Assembly (NCBI GenBank): GCA_963674705.1
Contig: OY771506.1
Location: 5,120,001-5,184,000 of the forward strand
DNA: 64,000 nt
Source: Phycisphaeraceae bacterium
Lineage (GTDB): Bacteria > Planctomycetota > Phycisphaerae > Phycisphaerales > Phycisphaeraceae
Direction: 5' to 3'
Shown: one piece after another, positions 50,007 to 60,248 of the stretch
Numbering within the stretch: the first letter of the stretch is position 1
Layout of the letters: every line of letters starts with the position of its first letter
Notes under the pieces: generated by a model
The model's database searches: none
What the model was told of the DNA's origin: nothing
What the model saw: the letters and a program-made list of their open reading frames with translations, nothing else
Translations under genes and position numbers: made by a program

Positions 50007-50684
50007 ATGCGAACCATCGCCAAACTGTTCGGTCAATCTCCGATCGTCCCGCTGCAGGCTCACATGGAAGTCGTGACCAACTGTGTTGAGAAGGTCAAGC
50101 AGCTATTCGAGGCTCTGTATCGCACCGATCAGGACGCGATCGAGAAACTGGCGATCGAGACCTCCAAGCTGGAACTCGAAGCCGACCAGCTCAAGCATGA
50201 CATCCAGAGCCACCTGCCTAAGCGGATGTTCCTGGCGATCGATCGCGGCCGCATCCTCGATATCCTCGCCGCCCAGGACAACCTCGCCGACAAGGCCGAG
50301 AACATCGGCGTGCTGCTCACGCTCAAACCCCTGACGATGCCCGATTGGCTGAAGGAGGACTTCAACGCCTTCCTCGCCACAAATATCAAGGCGTTCGAGG
50401 GCGCACGCGGCATCATCAACGAACTGGACGAACTGCTGGAAAGCGGCTTCGGCGGCGACGAGGCCGAACGCGTCCTGCGCATGGTTGAACGTGTCGCCCA
50501 GACCGAGCACGAGGTCGATCTGCTACAACGGCAGATGCTCAAGAACCTCTTCGCCAACGAGACCGCCCTCACCACCGGGGAATTCTTCCTCTGGACCAAG
50601 CTCTTCAAGCAGGTCGGTGACCTGTCCAACCTTTCCGAACGGCTGGCGAACCGGGTCCGTCGGACGCTGGAGTTGAAGAAGTGA
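50007..50684 (+). CDS. DUF47 / TIGR00153 PhoU-like phosphate transport regulator
   Basis: LFGQSP..PLQAHM, LE.EAD.LK.DI..HLP, QDNLADKAE; upstream of a PiT transporter. Confidence 0.92.
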   Translation: MRTIAKLFGQSPIVPLQAHMEVVTNCVEKVKQLFEALYRTDQDAIEKLAIETSKLELEADQLKHDIQSHLPKRMFLAIDRGRILDILAAQDNLADKAENIGVLLTLKPLTMPDWLKEDFNAFLATNIKAFEGARGIINELDELLESGFGGDEAERVLRMVERVAQTEHEVDLLQRQMLKNLFANETALTTGEFFLWTKLFKQVGDLSNLSERLANRVRRTLELKK

Positions 50685-50748
50685 CCGACTCACGGGCCGA
50701 GCCACACACCCGATTCATCAAACTTCCCAAGGAATAGACCGGATACTT

Positions 50749-52254
50749 ATGGGCACTGAAGCGATGATTCTGACCGGGCTGGCCCTGCTTTTCGGGCTGT
50801 ACATGGCCTGGAACATCGGCGCCAACGACGTCGCCAACGCCATGGGCACCAGCGTCGGCTCAGGCGCGCTGACACTCAAACGTGCGGTCATCCTCGCCGC
50901 CGTCATGGAGTTTGCCGGCGCATTCTTCATCGGCCCGCACGTCACCGAAACCGTGCGCAAGGGCATCATCGACATCAGCATGTTCTCCGGCGAGGAAGGC
51001 GCGCGCATGCTCTGCTTCGGCATGCTTGCCGCGCTGCTCGCTGCTGGCGCCTGGCTGCAGATCGCGTCCTACTTCGGCTGGCCCGTCTCCACGACACACT
51101 CCATCGTCGGCGCGATCGTCGGATTCGGGTGTGTCTACGGCGGCATCCACACCGTCGACTGGTTCGGCGGCAACGGCTTTAATGTCGTTACCATCCTCAG
51201 CGGCAAAGGCGGCGTCGCCTCCATCGTCGCCAGTTGGGTCGTCTCACCGCTGATATCCGGCGTCATCGCCTACTTTGTCTTCCGCTTCATCCTCCGCAAG
51301 ATCTTTTACAGGCCCGACCCCGTCGTCGCTGCGCGCAAGTGGACGCCGATCCTGGTTTTCGCCGTCCTCGTGACGATGATGCTCGTGCTCTCCTTGAAAG
51401 GGCTCAAGCCTTTCTGGCACGATAACTTCGGCTTGAAACCCACGGATAAGTGGCCTTTAACCATCGGCCTGGGCGCATCAATCCTGAGCGGCATCGTCGG
51501 CGCACTGGTGTCCCGCAAGCTGGTCGTCAAAGTCAAAGACGACGACCCCGCCTTGGCGCGATTGCAGGCCGACCTCTACACCGCGCGGGCGATGAGCAAG
51601 GCACTCATGCACCTGCGCCGCGTACACAGCACCGCCATCGACGACCAGGCACGCGCCCAGGCGCAACGGGCTCTGGATGAATCCGAAAAGCTCTACAAGG
51701 AAGTACGCGACCGCACACGCGGAAACACCGACAGCCACATCTACCACAATGTCGAACGCATCTTCATCTATCTGCAGATCATCAGCGCCGCGTTCGTCGC
51801 ACTCGCACACGGCTCCAACGACGTTGCCAACGCGATCGGCCCGCTCTCTGTCGTCGTTGAAACCGCAAAGACAATGTCGATCCCGGAAAAAACTTCCGTC
51901 CCGCTGTGGGTGCTCGGTGTCGGCGGCGTCGGCATCGTCATCGGCCTGGCTGTCTGGGGCTGGCGCGTCATGCAGACCGTCGGCAAACGCATCACCGAAC
52001 TCACCCCCTCACGCGGCTTCTGCGCCGAGTTCGCCGCCGCCATCACCATCCTCATCGCCAGTGTCTACAAGCTGCCCATCTCAACCACGCACACCCTCGT
52101 CGGCGCCGTCTTAGGTGTCGGCCTGGCACGCGGCATCGGCGCCCTGAACCTCAACACCATCCGCGACATCGTCGCCTCATGGATCATCACCATCCCCGCC
52201 GGCGCAGGCCTCGCCATCCTCTTCTTCTACGGCCTGCAATTGATCTTCGGCTGA
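50749..52254 (+). CDS. pit: Inorganic phosphate transporter, PiT family
   Basis: GANDVANAMGTSVGS, PVSTTHSIVG, HGSNDVANAIGP, PISTTHTLVG signatures. Confidence 0.95.
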   Translation: MGTEAMILTGLALLFGLYMAWNIGANDVANAMGTSVGSGALTLKRAVILAAVMEFAGAFFIGPHVTETVRKGIIDISMFSGEEGARMLCFGMLAALLAAGAWLQIASYFGWPVSTTHSIVGAIVGFGCVYGGIHTVDWFGGNGFNVVTILSGKGGVASIVASWVVSPLISGVIAYFVFRFILRKIFYRPDPVVAARKWTPILVFAVLVTMMLVLSLKGLKPFWHDNFGLKPTDKWPLTIGLGASILSGIVGALVSRKLVVKVKDDDPALARLQADLYTARAMSKALMHLRRVHSTAIDDQARAQAQRALDESEKLYKEVRDRTRGNTDSHIYHNVERIFIYLQIISAAFVALAHGSNDVANAIGPLSVVVETAKTMSIPEKTSVPLWVLGVGGVGIVIGLAVWGWRVMQTVGKRITELTPSRGFCAEFAAAITILIASVYKLPISTTHTLVGAVLGVGLARGIGALNLNTIRDIVASWIITIPAGAGLAILFFYGLQLIFG

Positions 52255-52342
52255 TGTTCAATGTTCGATCTTCAATGTTCAATCTGAATGAGAAGGTACG
52301 GTTTTTTATACATTGAACATTGAACATTCCACATTGAACATC
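52253..52342. repeat. Inverted-repeat element with 7-nt periodic arms (ATGTTCA)n...(TGAACAT)n
   Basis: Arms 52253-52283 and 52312-52342 are complementary at 27/31. Confidence 0.88.
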
Positions 52343-52355
52343 TACCCTATTTCCC

Positions 52356-52847
52356 ATGCAGGTCTACGTCTTCCGACACGGGATCGCTGAGCCACGCGAC
52401 ACGGATAAACCCGACGCCGCCAGGGCTTTGACGTCGGTTGGCATCGAACGCACCACCGCCGCCGCCAAGGGTCTCGCCCGGTTCGCCGACCGCCCGCAGG
52501 TCATCCTCACCAGCCCCAAAATCCGCGCCAAGCAGTCCGCCGCGATCCTCGGCGACATCCTCGACCTCACCCCCATCCTCGCCGACGAACTGGCCGACGG
52601 TCCTGCAATCGACGTGATCCACATGCTCCGAAGACGCGACGAACAGCGCGTCCTGATCGTCGGCCACGAGCCCACGCTCAGCGAGGTCATCGAAAACCTC
52701 TGCACCCACAAAAACCTGCCAAGCTTCATCGAACTCAAAAAAGCAGCCTGCGCCCTGGTCGAAGCCCCCCTCCACCCCGAAGACCCCCCCGGCCCCGGCG
52801 TACTCAAGTGGCTGCTCCCCCCGCGAGCACTGAGGGCGCTGGGATGA
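52356..52847 (+). CDS. sixA: Phosphohistidine phosphatase SixA
   Basis: YVFRHGIAE, RALT..G, SPKIRAKQSA, IVGHEP. Confidence 0.9.
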   Translation: MQVYVFRHGIAEPRDTDKPDAARALTSVGIERTTAAAKGLARFADRPQVILTSPKIRAKQSAAILGDILDLTPILADELADGPAIDVIHMLRRRDEQRVLIVGHEPTLSEVIENLCTHKNLPSFIELKKAACALVEAPLHPEDPPGPGVLKWLLPPRALRALG

Positions 52848-52862
52848 CCATACGACATATAG

Positions 52863-53068
52863 CCCGACCATCCTGGTCGGGTCTGAATTATTAAATTTAC
52901 ATAACACCCGCACATAATAAACACGTTTACCGGACGAGCGCTGATCGCGGTCTCTCACTTGCCACGTAAACATCCCCACCCGCGTTGCATCGCAACGCGG
53001 CTATTAAAGAAACAAACACGGATGCACTTGAATCCGCATCCGTGTTCATCTGTGTTCATCGGTGGCTA
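52863..53068. repeat. REP-like hairpins and a 10-nt periodic arm between convergent genes
   Basis: CCCGACCA-TCC-TGGTCGGG (52863-52881), CCGCGTTGC-ATC-GCAACGCGG (52980-53000), AACACGGATGC/GCATCCGTGTT stem (53015-53046) continuing as CATCTGTGTT-CATCGGTGGCTA. Confidence 0.75.
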
Positions 53069-53085
53069 ATCTCTTCCGCAGAAGA

Positions 53086-53724
53086 TCACCCCTGCTTTGC
53101 ATGCGCATCGATTTCTTCCCGCGTCACCTGTAACCATTCAAGCATGTACTGCTCGTAGATGTCCTGGTGTGCATCGTTCGAGAAGTCCAGCCGTAGTTCG
53201 TTGATCACCTTCGTGCCCTGTCCGATCCACGCACGCCACGTGTCCTGGCCGAAGTGGTCGTAGATGAACTTACCCGTCGCCCCGCGCATCGGCGGATCGG
53301 GCAGACGCGGCTGAGGCGTCCCAGTCCGTCGGTCCAGCACCATGTCGCCCGACGATTCGACCTCCGCCTTACGAGCCGACGCATCCTGCACCTCCGGTAA
53401 AGGCTTTCCGATCTTCTCAAGCAGCGAGCCGATCGCCTTCTGCGGCATCACGTCCCCGCGCTCGGCCGAGATCTTGTACCCCTCGGTCAGGACGGCGGCC
53501 GCATCATCATCCCGACCCATCTGGATCAGGACCTGCCCACGCAACTGATACGCCCGGCTCATCCCGGGATTCAGCTCGATCGCCTTGGCGTATGCGATCT
53601 GGGCATCCTCGTGGCGGTCACCTTCCTTGTAGGCGTTTGCGAGGCTGAAAAAGGCCATGTCGTCCGGCGCCTCGCGGGCCATCTGCTCCCACTGGGCGAT
53701 ACGTTCTTCAATCGTTGTGCTCAT
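53086..53724 (-). CDS. TPR domain fused to Fe(II)-trafficking (YggX-like) domain
   Basis: TPR (FSLANAY...AYAKAIELNPGMSRAY) followed by GKFIYDH...W..W....TKVINELRL, matching the YggX pattern. Likely start ATG 53724. Confidence 0.85.
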   Translation of the reverse strand: MSTTIEERIAQWEQMAREAPDDMAFFSLANAYKEGDRHEDAQIAYAKAIELNPGMSRAYQLRGQVLIQMGRDDDAAAVLTEGYKISAERGDVMPQKAIGSLLEKIGKPLPEVQDASARKAEVESSGDMVLDRRTGTPQPRLPDPPMRGATGKFIYDHFGQDTWRAWIGQGTKVINELRLDFSNDAHQDIYEQYMLEWLQVTREEIDAHAKQG

Positions 53725-53794
53725 ATGCGATAGCATAGACAACTTATCCCGCCCGCCAAGTCGGGGGGCACATAAAATCCGGATACACTGGATA

Positions 53795-53893
53795 TGCCGC
53801 AAATGAACGCCAATTAACGCGAATAAGTAAGATAAATCCGATCATCTGCTTTCTTCTTTTCCTATTTGCGTTTATTCGCGTCCATTGGCGGCA
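53795..53893. repeat. Inverted-repeat element with 10-nt periodic arms
   Basis: Arms 53795-53825 and 53863-53893 are complementary at 26/31; units AAATGAACGC/CAATTAACGC. Confidence 0.85.
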
Positions 53894-53926
53894 AAATAAG
53901 ATTTGTTCTTGGGTATAACTGATTCA

Positions 53927-56774
53927 ATGCCGATCACGCGACACTTCCTGGGATGGGATGGACCCGCACTACCGCGGGCGGCCGCCTACCTGCGCGATCA
54001 TCTCGGCCAGGGTGATGACGGCTCCGACCTCAGCCACCTTTTCGCCGTACTCCCCGCTCAGCGCGCCGGGCGTCGGTTGCTGGAACTGCTTGTTGTCAAT
54101 GCACAGGCCCGAGGCGCTGCGCTCAACCCGCCGCAAATTGTCACCGCCGGCAAGCTCCCCGAACTGCTCTATCAACCGCAACACCGACAGGCCGGCGACA
54201 TCGATGCACAGCTCGCTTTCATTGATGCGATGCGCAACCTGCCGACCGAAACGATGGCCGACCTGCTGCCGCATCCGCCCGGCCCGGATGACCTGCCCGG
54301 CTGGTGGGCCTATGCAACGCAGCTCCGCCGGCTGCGCGACGACCTTGCAGCGCACCGTATGACCTTCGCTGATGTGCCACGCCTCTGCGCCGACCGAGGC
54401 ATCGATCTACGCGGCGAACAGCGATGGACCGTGCTCGAACAAGTAGAACAGGCGTACCAGGAAACACTGCGTTCGCTGCAACTTTCCGATCGCGACACCG
54501 ACCGCCTCGATGCGATTACCTCCAAACGCTGCGCACTTGATGAAGATAAACACATCCTCCTCATCGCAGCACCCGACCTCAATGACACCGCCACCGCGAT
54601 GTTGCGACTTATCGGCGACCGGATCACCAGCCTGATCATGGCCCCGGATCAACACGCCGATGGCTTCGATGACCTAGGCTTGCTCCGCGCAGAATACTGG
54701 GCCAAACAACAAATCGACCTGCAGGCTAAACAACTCGCCTTCGTCGGCAGAAACAGCGATCAGGCCGGCGCTGTCATCGACGCCGTCGCCGAAGCGCAGC
54801 AAACCTTTAAACTAACCCACAACAACCTCAGCGCAGATCAGATCACCGTCGGCTTGGGTGATGAACGCTTCGCCGGCCCGGTCCGTCGTCGGCTCGACCT
54901 CGCCGACATCCCTTGCCGCAGCGCCGCCGGCTCGCCGACTGTCCAGTCTCGCCCCGCACTGCTCTTACGTGCCTTAAGCCGGTTCATGGAATCGCACCGC
55001 CTCGATGCACTGGCTGAATTGCTGCGCCACCCGGACATCCAGACGTACCTTCAGCGCGATCACGACGATGCACAGCAAACCATCGACGACTGGCTCACAC
55101 TGCTCGATAAATACGCCACCGACCACTTGCAAGGCCAACTCACCAGTACCTGGCTGGGTGATCCCGACCGCATCGCGCGATTAAAAACGCTGCACAACAA
55201 GATCACCACGCTCCTGCCCGAGCACTTCGCCACGCGCAAACCGCTGCCGAAGTGGAGCGAAACGATCGCCGCTGCGCTAAAAACCGTCTACGCTGATGCG
55301 CCGCTGCGCGAACACGTTCGAGAAGAACACCAGCTCGCCCTGGCGCTCGAACAGATCGCCGATCGGCTGCGTGAGCAAGCTGAATTCAAAGAAACCAATC
55401 CGACGTGCCCGAATATCACCGCTTCGCAAGCGATCGCACTGACGCTTCGCCGCCTTGTCGACAGCATCATCCCCGATGAACACGACGGCCCGGCCGTAGA
55501 ACTGCTCGGTTATCTAGAACTCCCGCTCGACGATGCTCCCGTACTGACCATCACCGGCCTCAACGAAGGGCTCATCCCCTCTTCGCGTAACGCCGATGCG
55601 TTCCTGCCCGATTCCATCCGAACAAAACTGTCCATGCACGACAATGCCCGCCGCTTCGGCCGCGACCTGATGCTGCTTAGCGCCATCATCCACTCACGCC
55701 CATTCGTCCGCCTGATCGCATCGCGCAGAACCGATGAGGGCGATCCGCTTACGCCAAGCAGGTTGCTGCTTGCCTGCGACGACGCGACGCTCGTCAAACG
55801 CGTCCAATCGTTTTTCAGCGATGATGAAACAAGTACCCCCGCCGACGCTGCCCATCAAGCCCGCCGGGACAAACCGTTTCCTTATCCCCAAACCCATCGT
55901 CGCGCCCGAGCCGCTCGATAAGTTATCCGTCACCGCTTTCCGTGCGTACATCGCATGCCCCTACCGGTTCTACCTGCGGTATGTCCTGAAACTCGCTTCG
56001 CTGAACGACCGGGCGATCGAGATGGACCCGATGTCCTTCGGCTCGATCACGCACACCGTCCTCCAAACCTTCGGCCAAAGCGACCTGAAACACGAAACTA
56101 ACGAAACAAATATCAAAAGCTTCCTCAATAGCTCTCTCGACAACACCATCGAAGCGCAGTTCGGCGAGGACCGCCGATCCGTCATCCGCATCCAGACCGA
56201 ACAACTGCGCGAACGCCTAAACGCCTTCGCTAAGCAGCAAGCCATACTCACGCAAGAAGGCTGGCTCATCCAGTACGCCGAGCAGGAACTATCCACCACC
56301 ATCACCGTCGACGGCACCCCATTCACCATCAAGGGCAAGGTCGACCGCATCGATTATCACGAACAGCACGGCTACCGTGTCTTTGATTACAAAACGGGCG
56401 ACACCGACCACAAACCCGACCAGACGCACCGCACCGGTCGCGGCGATGAACGCATATGGGTCGACCTGCAACTGCCGCTCTATCGCGACCTCTGCAAAGA
56501 ACTGAAAATCACCGGCCCGATCGAACTCGGTTACTTCAACCTGCCTAAAAAATGCGACCGCGTCGGGCCGAGCCTCGCCGACTGGAGCGATGACGACTTT
56601 ACCGACGCAACCCAAACGCGCGACACGGTCATCCGTGCTATCCGCGATCAACACTTCTGGCCGCCCAATCAAGCCCCCGGCCTGCCCGACGGTTACGAAC
56701 GCATCTGCGCCGACAACGCCATGCAGCGCGACGAACTCATCGTCGCAAGCTTCAAGCAAGGGGGCGCATCATGA
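53927..56774 (+). pseudogene. AddB/RexB-like protein with C-terminal PD-(D/E)XK nuclease, split by a +1 frameshift (or a sequencing error)
   Basis: ORF 53927-55921 holds the helicase-like part (LPAQRAGRRL, GLNEG..P, PSRLL). The +1 frame holds LSVTAFRAYIACPYRFY, GKVDRID, DYKTG, LQLPLY. The frames switch near 55811-55840. Confidence 0.75.
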
Positions 56775-59700
56775 ACCCACTCTCCCCCCTGCAAGCATGG
56801 CAACACGAACCGCCACACCTGCTCATCCGCGCCTCGGCCGGGTCGGGCAAGACCTATCGACTCAGCGCGCGATACCTGAAACTGCTGCGCCTTTTCGATC
56901 AGCCCGAATCCATCCTCGCCACCACATTCACGCGCAAAGCCGCCGGCGAAGTGCTCGGTCGCGTCGTCACCTGGCTCGCAAACGCGACCACCGACGATGC
57001 CGCACGCGAAGCGCTTGCGATCAGCACGATCAGGGCTGAACTATCTCACGATGATTGCCTTGCGATGCTGCGCCGACTCACCGATCAGATGCATCGGCTG
57101 AGCATCTCCACCATCGACGGCTTCTTCAACCGCGTCGCCCAAAGTTTCGCCCACGAACTCGACCTGCCGCCCGAGCCGACGCTCGTGGATGAATCGCACC
57201 CAAGCGTGAAGCAGTTGCGTCAGGACGCGGTCGAAGCGATGCTCGCCGACGCCGACCTGCCGGACATGGTCACGCTGTTAAGGCAGTTCCACCACGACCA
57301 CGCCGCACGCAGCGTCACCGAAGCGATCGACAAGATCATCAACGATACTTACGAGGTCTACCGCGAAGCCCCACAGCAAGAAGCCTGGGCGAAGTTGCAG
57401 CCGACGGGCAAGCTCGATGATGATGAACTGCAAAAGGCGATAGAAAAACTCCAGGATGCCGCGGCCTTGCTGCCGGATAACGGCCACTGGAAAAAAGCGT
57501 ACGCAGCAAACTGCGCCGCGGCGCTCACTGGACAATGGGAAGTCTTCATCAGTAAAGGCTTGGCCGGCTCGATCGTCAACGGCAAAGAAAGTTTCCAGCG
57601 TCATGACATCACCGCCGACATCCAGGCCGCTTACGTCCCGCTCATCGCCCATAGCAAAGCCATGTTGATCGAGCGCGTCGCGCTACAGACGCTTGCCACG
57701 CACGACCTGCTGCGCCGATTCGACACACACTACACCAGCCTGCGCCGCCGTCAAAGCATCCTGCTGTTCAGCGACCTGACGCACAAGCTCGCGCGTGAAC
57801 TACCCGCGCTCGGTGATGGGTTGGCTGAAGACATCTACTTCCGCCTCGACGGCCGGGTCACGCACCTGTTGCTCGATGAATTTCAGGATACAAGTCTGGC
57901 GCAGTGGGACGTGTTGCGCCCGTTCGCGCAGGAAATCGCTGCGACCGCCGACGGCGACCGCAGCCTTTTAGTCGTCGGTGATGCCAAGCAAGCGATCTAC
58001 GGATGGCGCGGCGGCGTCGCGGAACTGTTCGACCAGATCGAAGAAGAACTGAACCTGCCGCCTGAAAGTGTGCAATCACTTTCACTCAGCTACCGCTCCA
58101 GCGGGGTCGTGCTTGATGCGGTGAACAAGGTCTTTTCAAAGCTGGGATCAAACGCTGCGCTGGATAAAGACGCGCAAACCGCTGCACGCTGGCAGCGCAG
58201 TTTTGACGACCACGCATCCGCAAAAGACCTGCCGGGCCATGTCACGCTCGAAACCTCCGTCGCCGGCTACAACGCCGACGATGATGATGATGATGACGAG
58301 AGCAACGACGATGAACCCGTCACGATCACGCACAATGTGCACGAGCCTTACATCGCCCTGCGCGTTAAACAACTCTACGAGCGCAAAGGCGGCGCTGGCT
58401 CGATCGGCGTGCTCGTCAGCACGAACAAAGCCGCATCGCGCCTGATCTTTGAGATCGGCAAACTCGGCCTGCCCGTCAGCGGTGAAGGCGGCGGGTCCGT
58501 CACTGATTCACCCGCGGTCGCGGTGGTCCTTTCCGCGCTATACATGGCAGACCATCCAGGCGACACCGCAAGCGTCTTCCACGTCATGAACTCTCCACTC
58601 GCTGAAGTGGTCGGTCTTGAATCCACGAAGCCCGCGCATGTCCAACAGATTGCGATGCGCATCCGTCAAACGCTGCTTACCCAAGGCTACGCACAAACAC
58701 TCGCCGACTGGACGCGGGCCGTGGCAGACAGTCTCGATCAGCGCGGCCTGACGCGCCTGACGCAACTGATCGAACTTGCCGACAAATTCGAACCCGCCGA
58801 TGCGTTGCGTCCATCGCGTTTCGTCGCGCTCGCCGAATCGCAGCGCGTTGCCGAGCCGAACCCCGCGGCGATCCGTGTCATGACCATCCACGGCGCGAAG
58901 GGCCTTGAGTTCGACACAGTCGTACTCGCTGAGCTTGACCGGACGTTTAGAGATAATCCCGCGCTATTGATCGAACGCGAACACCCCACCGCCCCGATCG
59001 ACAGCGTGTATCGCAACGTCAAAAAAGAAGTCCGCGCTCTTGACGACAGCCTGGTAAAAGCATCCGAAGCCCAGCGCGCCACACGCCTGATGGACGACCT
59101 CTGCGCGCTGTATGTCGCCATGACCCGCCCGCGTCAGGCGCTGCACATGATCGTCAAGCCCAGAAAGCTCACGCCTAAAGGTGACAAACTCGCAAGCCTC
59201 GGCCTGTCCTACGCCGCCATCTTGCGCGATGCGCTCAGCGAAGTCGAAGAATCACTCGACGGCAAGCAAATCCTCTATCAACATGGCGACCCCGACTGGT
59301 CCTTCAAAGGCAAAATACAGACCGTTGCCGCGCTAACCACACATCAACCCATCGCGCCGATTGCGCTGAGCACAAGCCAATCCGCATCGCGCCGCTTCTG
59401 GCCGACCGTCTCGCCCTCTGCGCGCGCCGGCGGCGTCAAGCTCGCATCCGACCTGCTCGATATCTCGTCCGACTCCACCGGCGCGAAAAACTACGGCACG
59501 CTCATCCACGCCTGGTTCGAACACGTCGGCTTCATTGATGAAGATGAATTACCCGACGTTGAGATACTGCGCCAACTTGCGATCCGCGCGCTACCGCATC
59601 TGGACGACGCATGGATCGACAGCCGTATCGATTGGTTCGCGAACTTACTCAATAGCCCAACCGCTAAACAATTGCTCGCACGCAACGGCGCGACCAACCT

Positions 59701-59992
59701 CTGGCGTGAACGTGCATTCGCGGTGCAGGTCGGCAAAGAACTGGTGCGCGGCTGCTTCGATCGCGTCTCGATCTATCGTGATGACAGCGGCCAAATCGAA
59801 CGCGTCGAACTGATCGACTTCAAGACCGACCGCCTCGGTCCCGACGGCGTCGCCCCCCTGATCGAACACTATCGGCCGCAGATCCAGACCTACCAGCGCG
59901 CCCTGACCAAGCTGCTTCCGGTCGATATCGACGCCATCCGAGCCCGGCTCTGGTTCGTCGGCGATGATGTCCTGGCAGATGTTGAAACCTGA
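56771..59992 (+). CDS. AddA/RecB-like UvrD helicase with C-terminal nuclease
   Basis: ASAGSGKT, TFTRKAA, DEFQD, VGDAKQAIYGWRG, MTIHGAKGLEF, YVAMTR, DRV...IDFKTD; ATGA overlap with the upstream gene. Confidence 0.95.
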   Translation: MNPLSPLQAWQHEPPHLLIRASAGSGKTYRLSARYLKLLRLFDQPESILATTFTRKAAGEVLGRVVTWLANATTDDAAREALAISTIRAELSHDDCLAMLRRLTDQMHRLSISTIDGFFNRVAQSFAHELDLPPEPTLVDESHPSVKQLRQDAVEAMLADADLPDMVTLLRQFHHDHAARSVTEAIDKIINDTYEVYREAPQQEAWAKLQPTGKLDDDELQKAIEKLQDAAALLPDNGHWKKAYAANCAAALTGQWEVFISKGLAGSIVNGKESFQRHDITADIQAAYVPLIAHSKAMLIERVALQTLATHDLLRRFDTHYTSLRRRQSILLFSDLTHKLARELPALGDGLAEDIYFRLDGRVTHLLLDEFQDTSLAQWDVLRPFAQEIAATADGDRSLLVVGDAKQAIYGWRGGVAELFDQIEEELNLPPESVQSLSLSYRSSGVVLDAVNKVFSKLGSNAALDKDAQTAARWQRSFDDHASAKDLPGHVTLETSVAGYNADDDDDDDESNDDEPVTITHNVHEPYIALRVKQLYERKGGAGSIGVLVSTNKAASRLIFEIGKLGLPVSGEGGGSVTDSPAVAVVLSALYMADHPGDTASVFHVMNSPLAEVVGLESTKPAHVQQIAMRIRQTLLTQGYAQTLADWTRAVADSLDQRGLTRLTQLIELADKFEPADALRPSRFVALAESQRVAEPNPAAIRVMTIHGAKGLEFDTVVLAELDRTFRDNPALLIEREHPTAPIDSVYRNVKKEVRALDDSLVKASEAQRATRLMDDLCALYVAMTRPRQALHMIVKPRKLTPKGDKLASLGLSYAAILRDALSEVEESLDGKQILYQHGDPDWSFKGKIQTVAALTTHQPIAPIALSTSQSASRRFWPTVSPSARAGGVKLASDLLDISSDSTGAKNYGTLIHAWFEHVGFIDEDELPDVEILRQLAIRALPHLDDAWIDSRIDWFANLLNSPTAKQLLARNGATNLWRERAFAVQVGKELVRGCFDRVSIYRDDSGQIERVELIDFKTDRLGPDGVAPLIEHYRPQIQTYQRALTKLLPVDIDAIRARLWFVGDDVLADVET

Positions 59993-60248
59993 CACGCCCC
60001 ACACTTCCAATTCAATCAACTCACCACAGATTACCTGGATTGACATAAATGCAAGGCACAAGCGGGCATAGGTTCTACCCTCGGAAGCAAGAACCGCTTT
60101 TAAACGCTGTAAATGCCGTTTTAATAGGATTTTGCCTTGACTTCCAGGGGCCTGACGCCTTACTGTGTATACGCATGGGCGTTCTGCGCCCATTCCCTGA
60201 AGTGACCGGCCCCGGCATCCAGCAGGGCGCCAACATGGATACAACCCA

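Noticed and set aside
58274..58315. GAT/GAC run in the AddA-like gene
   Set aside because: In-frame poly-Asp linker, ordinary low complexity.
53927..59992. Helicase-nuclease pair as an anti-phage defence or Cas4 system
   Set aside because: Gene order and motifs fit housekeeping AddAB-type recombination repair; no defence island context.
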